From Octopus sinensis (Eukaryota): 64,000 bases of DNA. The DNA is taken from contig NC_043026.1 in the NCBI RefSeq assembly GCF_006345805.1, forward strand, positions 558,001-622,000, in the 5' to 3' direction. A program made the translations under genes and the position numbers. Under the pieces are notes generated by a model that was given only the letters and a program-made list of their open reading frames with translations, did not search any database and was not told where the DNA came from. This document shows, piece after piece, positions 28,137-39,928 of this stretch; the first letter of the stretch is position 1, and the number at the start of each line of letters is the position of its first letter.

Positions 28137-30880
28137 ATATCATCATCATCATTTAGCGTCCGTTCTCATGCTAGCATGGGTGGACGGTTCAACTGGGTCT
28201 TGTGAAGCGGAAGGCTTCATCAGGCCCAATCAGATCTGGCATTGTTTTCTACGGCTGGATTCCCTTCCTAACGCCACCCACTCCGTGAGTGTAGTGGGTA
28301 ACTTTTTACGTGCCCCCTGCACAGGTGCCAGACAGAGCTGGCAAACGGACACGAACGGATGTGCTTTACGTGCCACCACACGGCCAGCCAGCTGGCAAAC
28401 TGCCACGAAACAGATGCGTTTTTTACGTGTCACGGCACGGGGCCAGGCGAGGCTGGCAGGACACGAACGGATGGTGCTTTTACGTGCCACCAACACGGGG
28501 CCAGACAGAGCTGGCAAACGGCCACAAAACGGATGGTGTCTTTTACATGTCACCGGCACGGGGGCCAGGCGAGGCTGGCAAACGGACACGAACGATGGTG
28601 CTTTTTACGTGCCACCACACGGGGGCCAGACAGAGCTGGCAACGGCCACGAAACGGGATGGTGGCGTTTACCGTGTCCCGGCACGGGGGCCAGGCGAGGC
28701 TGGCAAACGGACACGAACGGATGGTGCTTTTAACGTGTCACTGGCACTGGTGCCAGGCCAGAGCTGCAACGACCGACAGATGGTGGCTTTTACGTGCCAC
28801 CAACACGGGGGCCAACACTGGCAACGACCCACGAACGGATGTGCTTTTACGTGTCACCATCACGGGGGCCCTGATGTTTGATCGACCTCAATTGGTTTGA
28901 TTTTGATTTGACTATTCTCACTGGTCTTGCCGGTTTTTCCTCACGCACAGCATACTTCCAAAGTCTCGGTCAACTGGTCATTTCCTTGTGAGACCTAAAG
29001 TTCGAAGGTCGTGCTTCACCCCCCTCGACCCAGGTTTTTCCTGGGTCTACCTCTTCCACAGGTCCCCTCAATGCCAGGGTGTGGCACTTTCGCACACAAC
29101 TATCTTCAGCCATTCTCATCACGTGACCATACCAGCACAAACGTCTCTCTTGCACACAACAACTGATGCTTCTTAGGTTCAACTTTTCTCTCAAGGTACT
29201 TACACTCTGTCAATTATGAACACTGACATTACACATCCATCGGAGCATACTAGCTTCATTTCTTGTGAGCTTACGCAAATCCTCAGCAGTCACAGCCCAT
29301 GTTTCACTACCATGTAGCATGGCTGTACGTACACATGCATCATACAGTCTGCCTTTTACTTTGAGCGAGAGGCCTTTTGTCACCAGCAGAGGTAAGAGCT
29401 CTCTAAACTTTGCCCAGGCTATTCTTACTCTAGCAGTTATACTTTCAGCACACCTGCCCCCGCTACTGACTTGGTCACCTAGGTAATGGAAACTATCAAC
29501 TGCTTCTAGTTTTTCTCCCTGGAAAGTGACAGAAGTTGGTCTCAGAGCATTTTCAGTGTTTATTGTTCCTGAGCATCTGCCACATACAAAAACCATCTTC
29601 CTAGTTAGCCTTCCTTTGACATTGCTGCACCTCTTATGTGTCCATAGCTTACACTTGGTGCATCTTATAGAGTTTCTACCTACACCTTTTCTACAGATCG
29701 AGCAGGGCCATCTACCTGAAGGCGTTTGTGATTGGTCTACCTTCCTACTTATTAGGAGTTTGGTTTTGGTTAGGTTGATTCTAAGGCCCTTCGATTCTAA
29801 ACCTTGCTTCCATACCTGAAACTTCTCCTCTAGTTCTGATAGAGATTCAGCAATTAGAGCAAGGTCATCGGCATAGAGGAGCTACCAGGGGCATCCTGTC
29901 TTGAATTCCTCCGTTATTGCCTGGAGGACTATGATAAATAGGAGGGGACTGAGGACTGAAACTTGGTGGACCCCAACCTCTACCCTGAATTCTTCACTGT
30001 ATTCGATGCCAACCCTCACCTTACTAGCAGCGTCTCTGTACATGGCTTGTACAGCTTTCACTAACCATTCATCTATCCCTAGTTTCCTCATTGACCATCA
30101 GATGAGGGATTGGGGGACCCTGTTGAAGGATTTCTCCATATCAACAAAAGCCAGGTATAGGGGCTTGTCTTTGGCTAGGTATTTCTCCTGCAGCTGTCTT
30201 ACTATGAAAATAGCATCAGTAGTACTTTTCCCTGGCACGAACCCAAACTGCATCTGATCTAGGCTAACTCTCTCTCTAATTAGTTCGGCTATGACCCTCT
30301 CCGTAACCTTCATTACCTGATCCAGCAGCTTGATACCCCTGTAGTTATTTGTATCTAGGGCGTCACCTTTACCTTTGTAGCAGCTGACTATTATGCTGCT
30401 ACACCAGTCATTGGGAATGACTCCTTCGTGTATCACCTGGTTAACTATACAGGTGACTAGGCTATAGCCGACACTACCGGATATTTTGAGCATCTCTGCA
30501 GTAATACCTGATGGGCCTGGGGCTTTCCCTGTTTTCATGCTTTTAATTGCCTTAACTACTAAGGAACTGTCAACTCAGATTGCTGGTCCCTCTGTTGGGT
30601 CAACATTCGGCAGACTCTCTTTATCCCATTCATTTTCCTCATTCAGCAACCTTTCATAGTGGCTTCTCCAAACCTCTCTCTTTGCATCCGTGCGAACACA
30701 TTTTTCTCGTCATCCGTGCGAACACATTTTTCTCCTACCACGTCACGATTCTCTCTTACACACTGTCTTGCTATACGAAATACCTCAAGTCTTTCATCCT
30801 CACGGCGCAGGACATTGGCAAATTTTTTCCTATCTGCTTCCCCTCTGGCTAAATAAACCTGCCTCCTAGCTTCCCTTCTT
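28137..30880 (-). mobile_element. 5'-truncated RTE LINE, same family as 9884-12160, opposite orientation
   Basis: MKTGKAPGPSG..., GVHQVSVLSPLLF, LYADDL and HGSETW motifs; (GAT)n tail; minisatellite in the 3'UTR. Confidence 0.95.
28300..28875. repeat. ~60-bp GC-rich minisatellite (about 10 units) inside the RTE 3'UTR
   Basis: Unit ctttttacgtgccaccggcacgggggccag(acagagc/gcgaggc)tggcaaacggacacgaacggatggtg. Confidence 0.85.
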
Positions 30881-31194
30881 GCAGTATATATATATATATA
30901 TACACACACACATACATACATACATATATATGTGTGTTTGTGTGTATATCTATATATATATATGTACATATCAATGTGTGTTTGTCTTTGTGCTGTATCT
31001 GTCCTCCTCCCACTGCTTGACAACTGGTGTTGGTGTGGTTATGACCCTGTAACTTAGCAGTTTGGCAAAAGAGACTGATAGAATAAGTACTAGGCTTAAA
31101 AAAAATACTAAGCCTGGGGTAGATTTGTTCGACTAAAACTCTTCAAGGTAATGCCCTCACATGGCTGCAATCAAATTACTGAAACAAGTAAAAG

Positions 31195-31254
<60 letters not shown>

Positions 31255-31285
31255 TATATACAGATTAATATATTTATATAAATCC

Positions 31286-32118
31286 TCATCATCGTCATTA
31301 TCACCATTTAGCATCCATTCTCCATGCTGGCATAGGTTGAACAGTTTGACTCGGGCTGAGGGGCTGAACCAGATTCCAATCTGATTTGGCATGATTTCTA
31401 TGGCTGGATGTCCTTCCTAATGCCAACCACTCCGAGAATAATGGGTGTTTTTACGTGCACTGGTACAGGTGTCAGTTGCATGACACCAGTATCTGCCATG
31501 ACTACAATTCACTTGGCTTGATGGGTCTTGTCAAGCATTGCATATTGCCAAAGATCTCAGTCATTGTCTCCATGGGGCCCAGCACTCAAAAGGCGCTTTT
31601 TATATGCCACCAGCATGGGTGCCAGTTACATGACACTGACAATAGCCACAACTATAATTTCACTTAGCTTGACGGGTCTTCTGAAGCACGACATATTGTC
31701 AAATATCTTGGTCACTAGTCATGGCCTCTGTGAGGCCCAACATTCAAAGATCATGCTTCACCACCTTGTCTCATGTCTTCTTGGGTCTCCCTCTTCCACA
31801 GCGTCTTTCCACTAGTAAAGATCAGCACTTTTTCACACAGCTGTCTACATCCATACATATCACATGTCCATACCAATGCAGTCGTCGCTCTTGCACACCA
31901 CATCTGATGCCTCTAATGCCCAATTTTTTTCTCAAGACGTTTCCACTCTGTTGTACATGCACAGTGACACAGCACATCCAATGAAGCATACTAACTTTAT
32001 TTCTTTCAAGCCTATGCATGTCTTCAGCAACCACAGCCCATGTTTCATTGCCATAGAGCATAGCTGTTCACACACAAGCATCATACAATCTGCCTTTCAC
32101 TCTGAGGGAGAAGCCCTT
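31286..32118 (-). mobile_element. RTE LINE 3' fragment (diverged)
   Basis: MLYGNETWAVVAEDMHRLERN..SMLHWMCCV...RLHWYGHV; shared tail. Confidence 0.88.
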
Positions 32119-32377
32119 AGTTACCAACAAATATATATATATATATAGGGAGAGTTTATGAAAATATATATATATAGTTTACAAAAAAAAAAAATATATA
32201 TATATATGGATTTACCAATGTGAAAATCTGCTGTGAATAGCAAAATAAATTAACTGGAGTTCTTCTACACTCACGGAGGTTAGCCAGCATTATTAACCTG
32301 TAAAAGCTAATATGGTACCTGCTAGGATTCTATATCCATACCAACTATATATATACACACACACACACACACAAAAA

Positions 32378-32765
32378 CATGGAAAGGGAAGCAACAAAGA
32401 CTGGGTTGAGAATCAGCGGTCAAAAGACGAAGGTAATGCAAGTTGGGAAACAAGTAGAGAGTGTCCCAGTGAAAGTTGGACAAGAACCAGTTGAAGAAGT
32501 TAAAAGCTTCACATATTTTGGAAGCAGAGTGACAAGCAATGGTAATGCAGACACGGATTTAAGCTGCAAAATTGGCAAGCCTGTGGCAGTACTTAGAAAA
32601 CTGACAACACTTTGGTGTAGCAATAACTTAAGTATGGAACTGAAGATTTGCCTGTACAAAACAGCAATACTGCTAATAGCAACTGATGCAGCAGAGGCTT
32701 GGAAGATGACAGCAAAAATCGCCCACCAACTCAACATATTTAATCAGAAAGATCCTAAGAATCTA
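32378..32765 (+). mobile_element. RTE/BovB-type RT C-terminal fragment
   Basis: GLRISGQKTKVM...EEVKSFTYFGSRVT.NG....LSCKIGK...LYKTAIL.IA..AAEAW. Confidence 0.8.
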
Positions 32766-33599
32766 GTCTGCAGATGCCTGACCAGCAAGGGGAAGCTGCT
32801 GACCTCCCCTGTTCGAAGGTTATAATGGATACAGGTTTGTGTGGCACATAGCTAGCTAGAGGTGATGGCCTCTTGGAGCTAATAAACCGCAGTATTCGTC
32901 CCATATTTATGGACTGCCATATTAGCTTGGTGATAACAAAGAATATTTTAATATTTCTATTTTTGAAAACCAGTGGATGTATTCCACTGAATTTAGGTAA
33001 ATAAACCTTCGAACAGGCAGTCAGTAGCGATGCCTGCTGGGTCTGGCTACTCCACATTGATAAAGGACAACTAACCTGAAACTAGTCTGTTAATGTCAAA
33101 CCAGCAAGGGGAAGCTGCTGACCTCCCCCATTCGAAGGTTATAATGGACACAGGTTTGTGTGTCACATAGCTAGCTAGAGGCGATGGCCTCTTGGAGCTA
33201 ATCAACAGCAGCATTCGTCCTGTTTCTCTGGACTACCATGTTAGCTTGGCGATAACTATTAATATCCAGTACTGCTGCCATAGTCTCCTTTAGAGAGGTT
33301 TAGAAATATTAATATATATATATATATATATATTCAATATATATATTCAATATATATTCATATGTATATTCATACACACATACACACACACGCAGACATA
33401 TACCACACACGTATTTATCTATTTGAATGCACTAGTTTGTAAAACAAGTCCTATATTTAGGTATTTTATGACAATGATGACTGCTAAGAGACTTTTCTGG
33501 AGTAAAGCATTTTGCTCAGAATAAATTATAGTGTCATTAAAAAAAAGCAAAAACAAAACACCAAATACAAACACCCCAAAGAAGCTCCACAGGTGGCAA

Positions 33600-33790
33600 C
33601 AGCTTGAGTTCTTCCATTTAAAAAATGCAATTAAGCCACACTCCAAGTTGCTCCACAATGACGAGATTATGTTGTTTGTGACATATCGTTCTGCAATCAA
33701 GTTTGTTGATGGCTTTCGTGAATTCCTGATATAACACATCCACATTTTAATGGTCAGTCGAGCAAGCTGTTTCAGTGAGTTACCATAAGT
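33600..33790 (-). mobile_element. CR1/L2/Jockey-like RT fragment
   Basis: The frame NVDVLYQEFTKAINKLDCRTICHKQHNLVIVEQLGVWLNCIF matches VDVIYLDF.KAFDKVDH..L.HKL..LGI.G.L..W...F. Confidence 0.65.
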
Positions 33791-34067
33791 CTGTAAAAGG
33801 TGGATGTTTGTGCATGCGCGCGTGCGTGTGAGATGGCTTCTGCATAGGATGTTGGTGGTGGTGGGATCACGCTGGCTGGGTTGTGAGCCAATTGTTAGCA
33901 TGTTTGCTTCCTGGCCACATGGTTTTCTGTTCAGTCCCGAATGTCTGGTAACATCTTGGGTACATGTCTTCTACTACTCTATAGCCCAGGCCGATTAAAA
34001 TTTTGTGCACAGATTTGGTAGGTAGAAACAGGGAAACTGTATATACATGTATATACATATCTATAAG

Positions 34068-34210
<143 letters not shown>

Positions 34211-34382
34211 TTTAAACACCGTTGGATCTTACTCATAAGATATATGTATATATATATACAATTCGTTTGCCCTTATTTATGAATTGTTTATAAATTTAAC
34301 CTTTAAAGGTATTTTTTAATATGCTGGCCATTGATAAAATTTTTTCGAAAAAATTTTATCCTACATTAGATATATATATATA

Positions 34383-34770
34383 CTAGCAGTATTGCCCGGC
34401 GTTGCTTGGTTTTGTAAGGGAAATAACTATATAAGCATTTTTAGAGAGTTATAGCCAAAAAATAGCAAAAAAATGCATTAAAAATGGAAAAAAAATTATG
34501 GTAAATTTTTTTAAAAATCGTTGACTCATCGTAGACATTTTTAGAGAGTTACTTCCCTTATATAATAGCGAAAAAATGTATTAAAAACGGGAAAAAATGA
34601 TGGTAAATTTTTTTTTAAATCGTAGACTCATTGTAGACGCACGCTAATACCCAGAAGGGCTCGATATGAATCACGACTATAAGATACCCGCTTTTGGTTA
34701 AACTGCACCGCAAAATGTGGGAGTAGTTAGGAATCTAAATCGTAGGAGACAGACACTCACACAACTTCAC
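34383..34770 (-). mobile_element. Non-autonomous Helitron (extreme 5' end lost at an RTE tail insertion)
   Basis: 3' CTAG|T with a subterminal caacgccggg hairpin, inserted in (TA)n; internal ~100-bp tandem repeat. Confidence 0.8.
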
Positions 34771-34910
34771 TCTCAGAGTGGTTGGCGTTAGGAAGGGCAT
34801 CCAGCTGTAGAAACACTGCCAGATCTGACTGGCCCGGTGCAGCCTTCGGTTGAACCGTCCAACCCATGCTAGCATGGAAAGCGGACGTTGAACGATGATG
34901 ATGATGATGA

Positions 34911-34915
<5 letters not shown>
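34770..34915 (+). mobile_element. RTE 3' tail
   Basis: gagtggttggcgttaggaagggcatccagctg...gaacgatgatgatgat. Confidence 0.85.
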
Positions 34916-34982
<67 letters not shown>

Positions 34983-34989
34983 GTATATA

Positions 34990-35046
<57 letters not shown>

Positions 35047-35056
35047 GTATATATAT

Positions 35057-35277
35057 CCAGCATGAAGAACTTAAGCGAGCTGCGCGAAAGCGCACGGCTC
35101 GTATAGTGAATGGGGAAAGCTTGGTCTGCAATGTTTGCAGTCGTGTATGCTTGTCAAGAGCAGGGCTCATTAGCCACCAAAGGAGCCGCAAATGCAAAAC
35201 ATAAGTTAGTCCTAGAGCGCACAATGTTCCTGAAGGTCGGCAATGGTCTTCCTCGGTCACGAGTGGACAGCCATCAT
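35057..35277 (+). mobile_element. 3' end of an RTE-clade LINE with a C-terminal CCHH-type knuckle
   Basis: [27 protein letters not shown], then a short UTR and a cat tail. Confidence 0.65.
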
Positions 35278-35364
35278 ATATATGTATATATATACATGTG
35301 TATATGTATATATATATATGTATATATATGTGTGTGTGTGTATATGTATATATATATGTGTGTG

Positions 35365-35404
<40 letters not shown>

Positions 35405-35405
<1 letters not shown>

Positions 35406-35794
35406 TAGCAGTATCGCCCGGCATTGCTCGGGTTTGTTTCGACCCGCTGGAATTGGAATTTTTGAAAAGTAAAATTTTGCATTATGTAGCTTGTTATTCT
35501 CTTCAAGTGAACATTTATCTGGTTGAAATACACCGAAAAGTGGCGACACAGCAGTGAAAAAATCGTAAAAAATAGGGATTTTTATAGAAAAAGCACCTTT
35601 TTGATGTAAATAATTTTTGGTGTTAACATGGTCCGATTTGATTTTTATCTTCTAACAGAAGGAAGAGCAAGCCTTCTTCTATCATACTCTCAATTTTGGT
35701 CAACTTGCTCCACAGGGTCTCGGAGGAGATAGTGTTAGTTGAAGGTTACCAAACCTGGCGCACACAGACGACTTCAGCTTTATATAGAGAGAGA
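35405..35794 (-). mobile_element. Complete non-autonomous Helitron (~390 bp)
   Basis: 5' A|TC..TATATAAAGCTGAAG; 3' hairpin cccgagcaatgccggg then CTAG|T. Confidence 0.85.
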
Positions 35795-36085
35795 TAACAC
35801 ACACGCATTAATACACATACACACACACACACATGTATGTATGTATGGATGTATGTATGTATATATGTACATCTGTCCACTTCTTGCAATATTTTTATCC
35901 TTTAAAATATAGAATGGAATGTACTTCGAAAAATCATAGGTAAATTCCAATTGAAGAAATTCTATATTGTACAATTGTATTAAAAACAAACTATGTCAGA
36001 GGCAGAGAAAATCTGCCTTTTATCATAAGAGATATATATATACATATATATATATGTGTGTGTGTGTGTGTGTATATATTTATTA

Positions 36086-36139
<54 letters not shown>

Positions 36140-36155
36140 TATCCTACTTTATTTC

Positions 36156-36250
36156 TAACCCGATGAGTGGCTATATTGATATCGAAGTGATTTTACTACT
36201 ACTATTAATTTTTTTACTACAATCATTTCTTAAATATAGCCATGAAACAC
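36156..36250 (+). ncRNA. Type I hammerhead-like motif, 5' part (C-C-G-A-T-G-A core, 11-bp stem II, GAAAC)
   Basis: TAAC CCGATGA GTGGCTATATT...AATATAGCCAT GAAAC; the sister copy at 40230-40325 supplies the 3' part. Confidence 0.55.
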
Positions 36251-36297
<47 letters not shown>

Positions 36298-36484
36298 TGT
36301 GTGTATGTGTGTGTGTGTGTGTGTGTGTTTGAATTTCATATTTGCAATCTAAAATTGCCAGAGAGCCAAGTAAAGAGGGAAACACCAGCTGACAGCGAAT
36401 TAACACCTTGGATTGCTACAGAATGACCGCGTAAACAGAGGTAAATAAGCGTTAGGCGCCAAATAAAAAAAAGACATCAAAATA

Positions 36485-36900
36485 TCTATTTCTTTACTAC
36501 CCACAAGGGGCTAAACACAGAGGGGACAAACAAGGACAGACATAGGTATTAAGTCGATTACATCGACCGCAGTGCGTAACTGGTACTTAATTTATCGACC
36601 CCGAAAGGATGAAAGGCAAATTCGACCTCGGCGGAATTTGAACTCACAACGTAACACAGACGAAATACCTATTTCTTTATTACCCACAAGGGGCTAAACA
36701 CAGATGGGACAAACAAGGACAGACATAGGTATTAAGTCGATTACATCGACCCCAGTGCGCAACTGGTACTTAATTTATCGACCCCCGAAAGGATGAACGG
36801 CAAATTCGACCTCGGCGGAATTTGAACTCACAACGTAACGCAGACGAAATACCGCTAAGCATTTCGCCCGGCGCGCTAACGTTTCTGCCAGCTCGCCGCC
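36485..36900 (-). mobile_element. tRNA-SINE family B, head plus tandemly repeated body, with TSD
   Basis: Head ggcggcgagctggcagaaacgttagc; body repeated twice; aagacatcaa at 36471 and 36903. Confidence 0.9.
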
Positions 36901-36914
36901 TTAAGACATCAAGA

Positions 36915-36945
36915 TATCGCATGCGCACTACGCTTACTTCCGTTT
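36915..36945 (+). promoter_or_regulatory. Candidate core promoter of the zinc-finger gene (NRF1-like and ETS-like motifs)
   Basis: GCATGCGCA at 36919-36927 and ACTTCCG at 36936-36942 in a locally CpG-rich patch; GTAAGT donor at 37073. Confidence 0.5.
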
Positions 36946-37072
36946 GTCTTTTGACACCAGATTAAAAATGTCTGTTGCTTGAAATTATTTTCAACTTTTA
37001 ATGCATTTCTGACATGCGACAGACACACTTTATAACGTGTCCTTTATAATGTTTCCTTTATGAAACATTTCC
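36930..37072 (+). other. Putative non-coding exon 1 of the zinc-finger gene
   Basis: Lies between the promoter motifs and a consensus donor CC|GTAAGT; pairs with the pyrimidine-rich acceptor ttcag at 40851-40855. TSS position is a guess. Confidence 0.4.
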
Positions 37073-37261
37073 GTAAGTATTAAACAATGAAAATATTGGT
37101 CAACCGTATTATTTAATTTTGTAGACTTTCGGTTTTTGACTTCTCGATTCTTTGTGTCTTTTCTATCTTTTATGAATTAGAGATGTTTAGGATTGGTGTG
37201 GGATTTGGCTGCTATTTCTAACTGTGAAAGAGTGTTGTCTATGATTGGTGCGAGATTTGGC

Positions 37262-37594
37262 GGTGCTACTTAAGAAGAGTGGACCCGATGCGCACCCTGC
37301 GCGCTAGTCCGTAGACGGATGCACGCACAAGTCAGAGGCACCCGCGATACAAAAAACCCTGGCGATCCTTCGGTATAAGTACCGGAAGTGGCTTTGTTTA
37401 CATTTCTGAAGATAACAGAAACCCTTTTCTCCCACCCCTAGCACAAACCCTAACCCCCGATATAATATAAAAAAAAAACAACACTTTCTTGAAATGTATC
37501 AGGTACTTATACCGAAGTTACGCCAAAACCATCTATATGTATAAATATGGGTAAACTGTAAATCGGGTGGGGGTGTCCACTCTTATGTAGTACC
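37262..37594. mobile_element. MITE with GGT.CTAC terminal inverted repeats and an 8-bp TSD
   Basis: TIRs GGTGCTACTTAAGAAGAGTGGAC / GGTACTACATAAGAGTGGAC; TSD gatttggc/gatttggt; internal perfect 16-bp IR cttcggtataagtacc / ggtacttataccgaag. Confidence 0.8.
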
Positions 37595-37944
37595 GATTTG
37601 GTTGCTATTTCTAGCTGTGCAAAAGTAATGTCTATGATTTGTGCGGGATTTGGCTACTATTTCTAGCTATGGAAGCTACCTTCTACACTCCATCGTTGCA
37701 CGGTTAGCTTGTTGTCTGTTTAAGTTTGAGAAATACTCTCAAATGCACTCCAATCACTGAAATGTCCATAAACCAATACTTTATCATAATTTATCGAATG
37801 CTCAGTTCTTGCACTGAAAATCGGTGGGGCAGAATGAGTAACTTCTTATTTCTCGTTATTTTCTCTCTACCCTGTTTGAAAAATTATTACATTGCAGATA
37901 TTGTATCATTTTCTATTGCTTTTTTGGTGAAGGCAAAGAAGATG

Positions 37945-38115
37945 CACACCCGGTGTTTAGGGTTTAAGGGTGGAGATAAAGAATACGTACCCACCCGTTT
38001 TCGGCGTAACAAAAACCCTAACACTAACCCTAATCTTAACCCTAAACACTGGGTGTACGTATTCCTTATTTTCTCCTGGTTAGGGTTTAGAGTTAGGGTT
38101 ACCCCGAAAACGAGT
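37945..38115. repeat. Nested inverted repeats with degenerate TTAGGG/CCCTAA units
   Basis: Three interleaved IR pairs (cacccggtgtttagggtt; ggagataaagaatacgtacc; cgttttcggcgtaac) with telomere-like hexamers on both strands. Confidence 0.7.
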
Positions 38116-38825
38116 GACCAATTCCACCGCCATACGTTTGTAGCATTAATCACAAGAATGTATGGTAGAGGTCCCTACGTCATGGAAGAGAGAAAAGTAC
38201 CTGGACATGGGGAGGGGAGTAAAGAGAAAGAAGCACAAAAGGGCAGAATCCTGCTTTACGCATCCCATATAACCTCTCATGGGCAATTTTTGGAAAACTT
38301 TTGCGAATTTGTGTTCCACACAGGGGAGATCATACGACTATGCAGAAACAAAAAGTTTTCTTGTATGATTTAAGGGATATTTAGCTGTTATTTTTAGCAT
38401 AGCTTACGACCACCTCGTACTGTTCTCTTTCTTTAGTCTGACGTATTGATGTTTTTAAATATATTTTCCCCCATAAACACATTTAATGGTCTTTTGCTGG
38501 GATATAATACAAAAAAAATTTCGACTGTCCGTATCTTAAATTGTGATTTGGAAAAAGAGGCTGATAGAATAAGTACTAGGCTTACAAAGAATAAGTTCTG
38601 GGGTAAATTTGTTCGACTAAAAGTGGTGCTCCAGCATGGCTCCAGTCAGATGACTGAAACAAATGAAATAATATATATAGATAAGTTTTATCGTTTTAAT
38701 TCATCTTTTATTTGCCTCTCAAACTCATGGTCTTGGGTTGTTCAGTCCCACTGTATGGTAACTTGGGCAAATGTCTTTATTTCTGACTGAAATCTTGTGA
38801 GTGAATTTAGTAAATGGAAACTTAA

Positions 38826-39047
38826 CCCTTTAGTGTTCAGATTACTCTGTTAAATGTAATATTTTTTTTACTCAAATTGTTTTGAATTAATCATGCATTA
38901 TCTTATAGCTTTGAGGTTTCAATGACATGATTGTTTAGTTTTAGAATGTCAATGTAGGTTAGGTGTGAGAAGCTAGATATGGCCAGTTTGAATATAAAAC
39001 ATGTAGAATATATTGGGCCAGATATGGCCGGTTTAAACACTAAAGGG
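38826..39047 (+). mobile_element. piggyBac-type MITE
   Basis: TTAA|CCCTTTAGTGTT ... AACACTAAAGGG|TTAA. Confidence 0.9.
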
Positions 39048-39062
39048 TTAAAGAATCTCATC

Positions 39063-39094
<32 letters not shown>

Positions 39095-39928
39095 CACTTT
39101 GTGTGTCTTTGCATTCACATAATGTTATAGTTGTAAATGAGTGTCACTTATATGGACAGTGTCATTCTCTTCCAATCTTGTGTAAACATGTCCAGGAAAA
39201 CAGTGATGATGATGACAATGACGACATTCTGCAAAAGAAGTCCATGCTGGGAGAAACCCCTCCATAAATGAAATATAATTAAGTCATCTCTATTATGATT
39301 TGAAAAGCCACTTTTCCATGCTTTCGTGGGTCAGACAGAATTCATAGAAGCAGAAGTTAGAGCTAGGTGTCCTTACTGTCACCAACCCTTGCTAGCTCCC
39401 AAGCAAGCTAGTATGTTCCCATGTCCAGACATTCTTCCATGGGAAATGGGAATCAATTGACATTTTGATGCTTGTTTACATCTATCATTAGAATGTCAGA
39501 ACAAGAATACATTCACAGACACCTATGACAGTCTTCTCTCAGTTTTCATCTACCAAATCCACTCAGATGGCTTTGGTTTCACTGATGCTATAGTAGAAGA
39601 CACTTGCTGACAGTGTTGCAGTGTGGGACTGAACCCCAAATCACACGGCTGGGAGTCAAATGTCTTGACCACTGCTTGGCAGGCCAGTTATATTTTTCAT
39701 CAATTTTTCTTTTTGTTCTGTCATAAAAATTATAGGTCCTTTGAAAACAACTTGGTTTTTGATCATAGCTCTCTATGTGGTCACACAATCTATTAGAAAT
39801 AACAGCACCTCTCCCTTGAATATCACCTTTCAGTCAAAAACATTGAAGACTGTATTGTTTGATGTAGTCCTTGATATACCATGCTAGAGTGAAAGAGAGG
39901 AAGATATTCACGGATGGAATATATTCAA

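Noticed and set aside
28168-28900. 237-aa and 196-aa GC-rich ORFs; repeats superficially CRISPR-like
   Set aside because: Minisatellite in an RTE 3'UTR; contiguous units without unique spacers, in a eukaryotic context.
33419-33901. 160-aa ORF with an apparent ttttacAG acceptor
   Set aside because: An alternative frame matches a CR1/L2-type RT motif, so this is a LINE relic rather than an exon.
37726-38373. 215-aa ORF near the ZNF promoter
   Set aside because: Starts at TTG, crosses the telomere-like palindromic repeat (NPNTNPNLNP), and has no recognisable domain.
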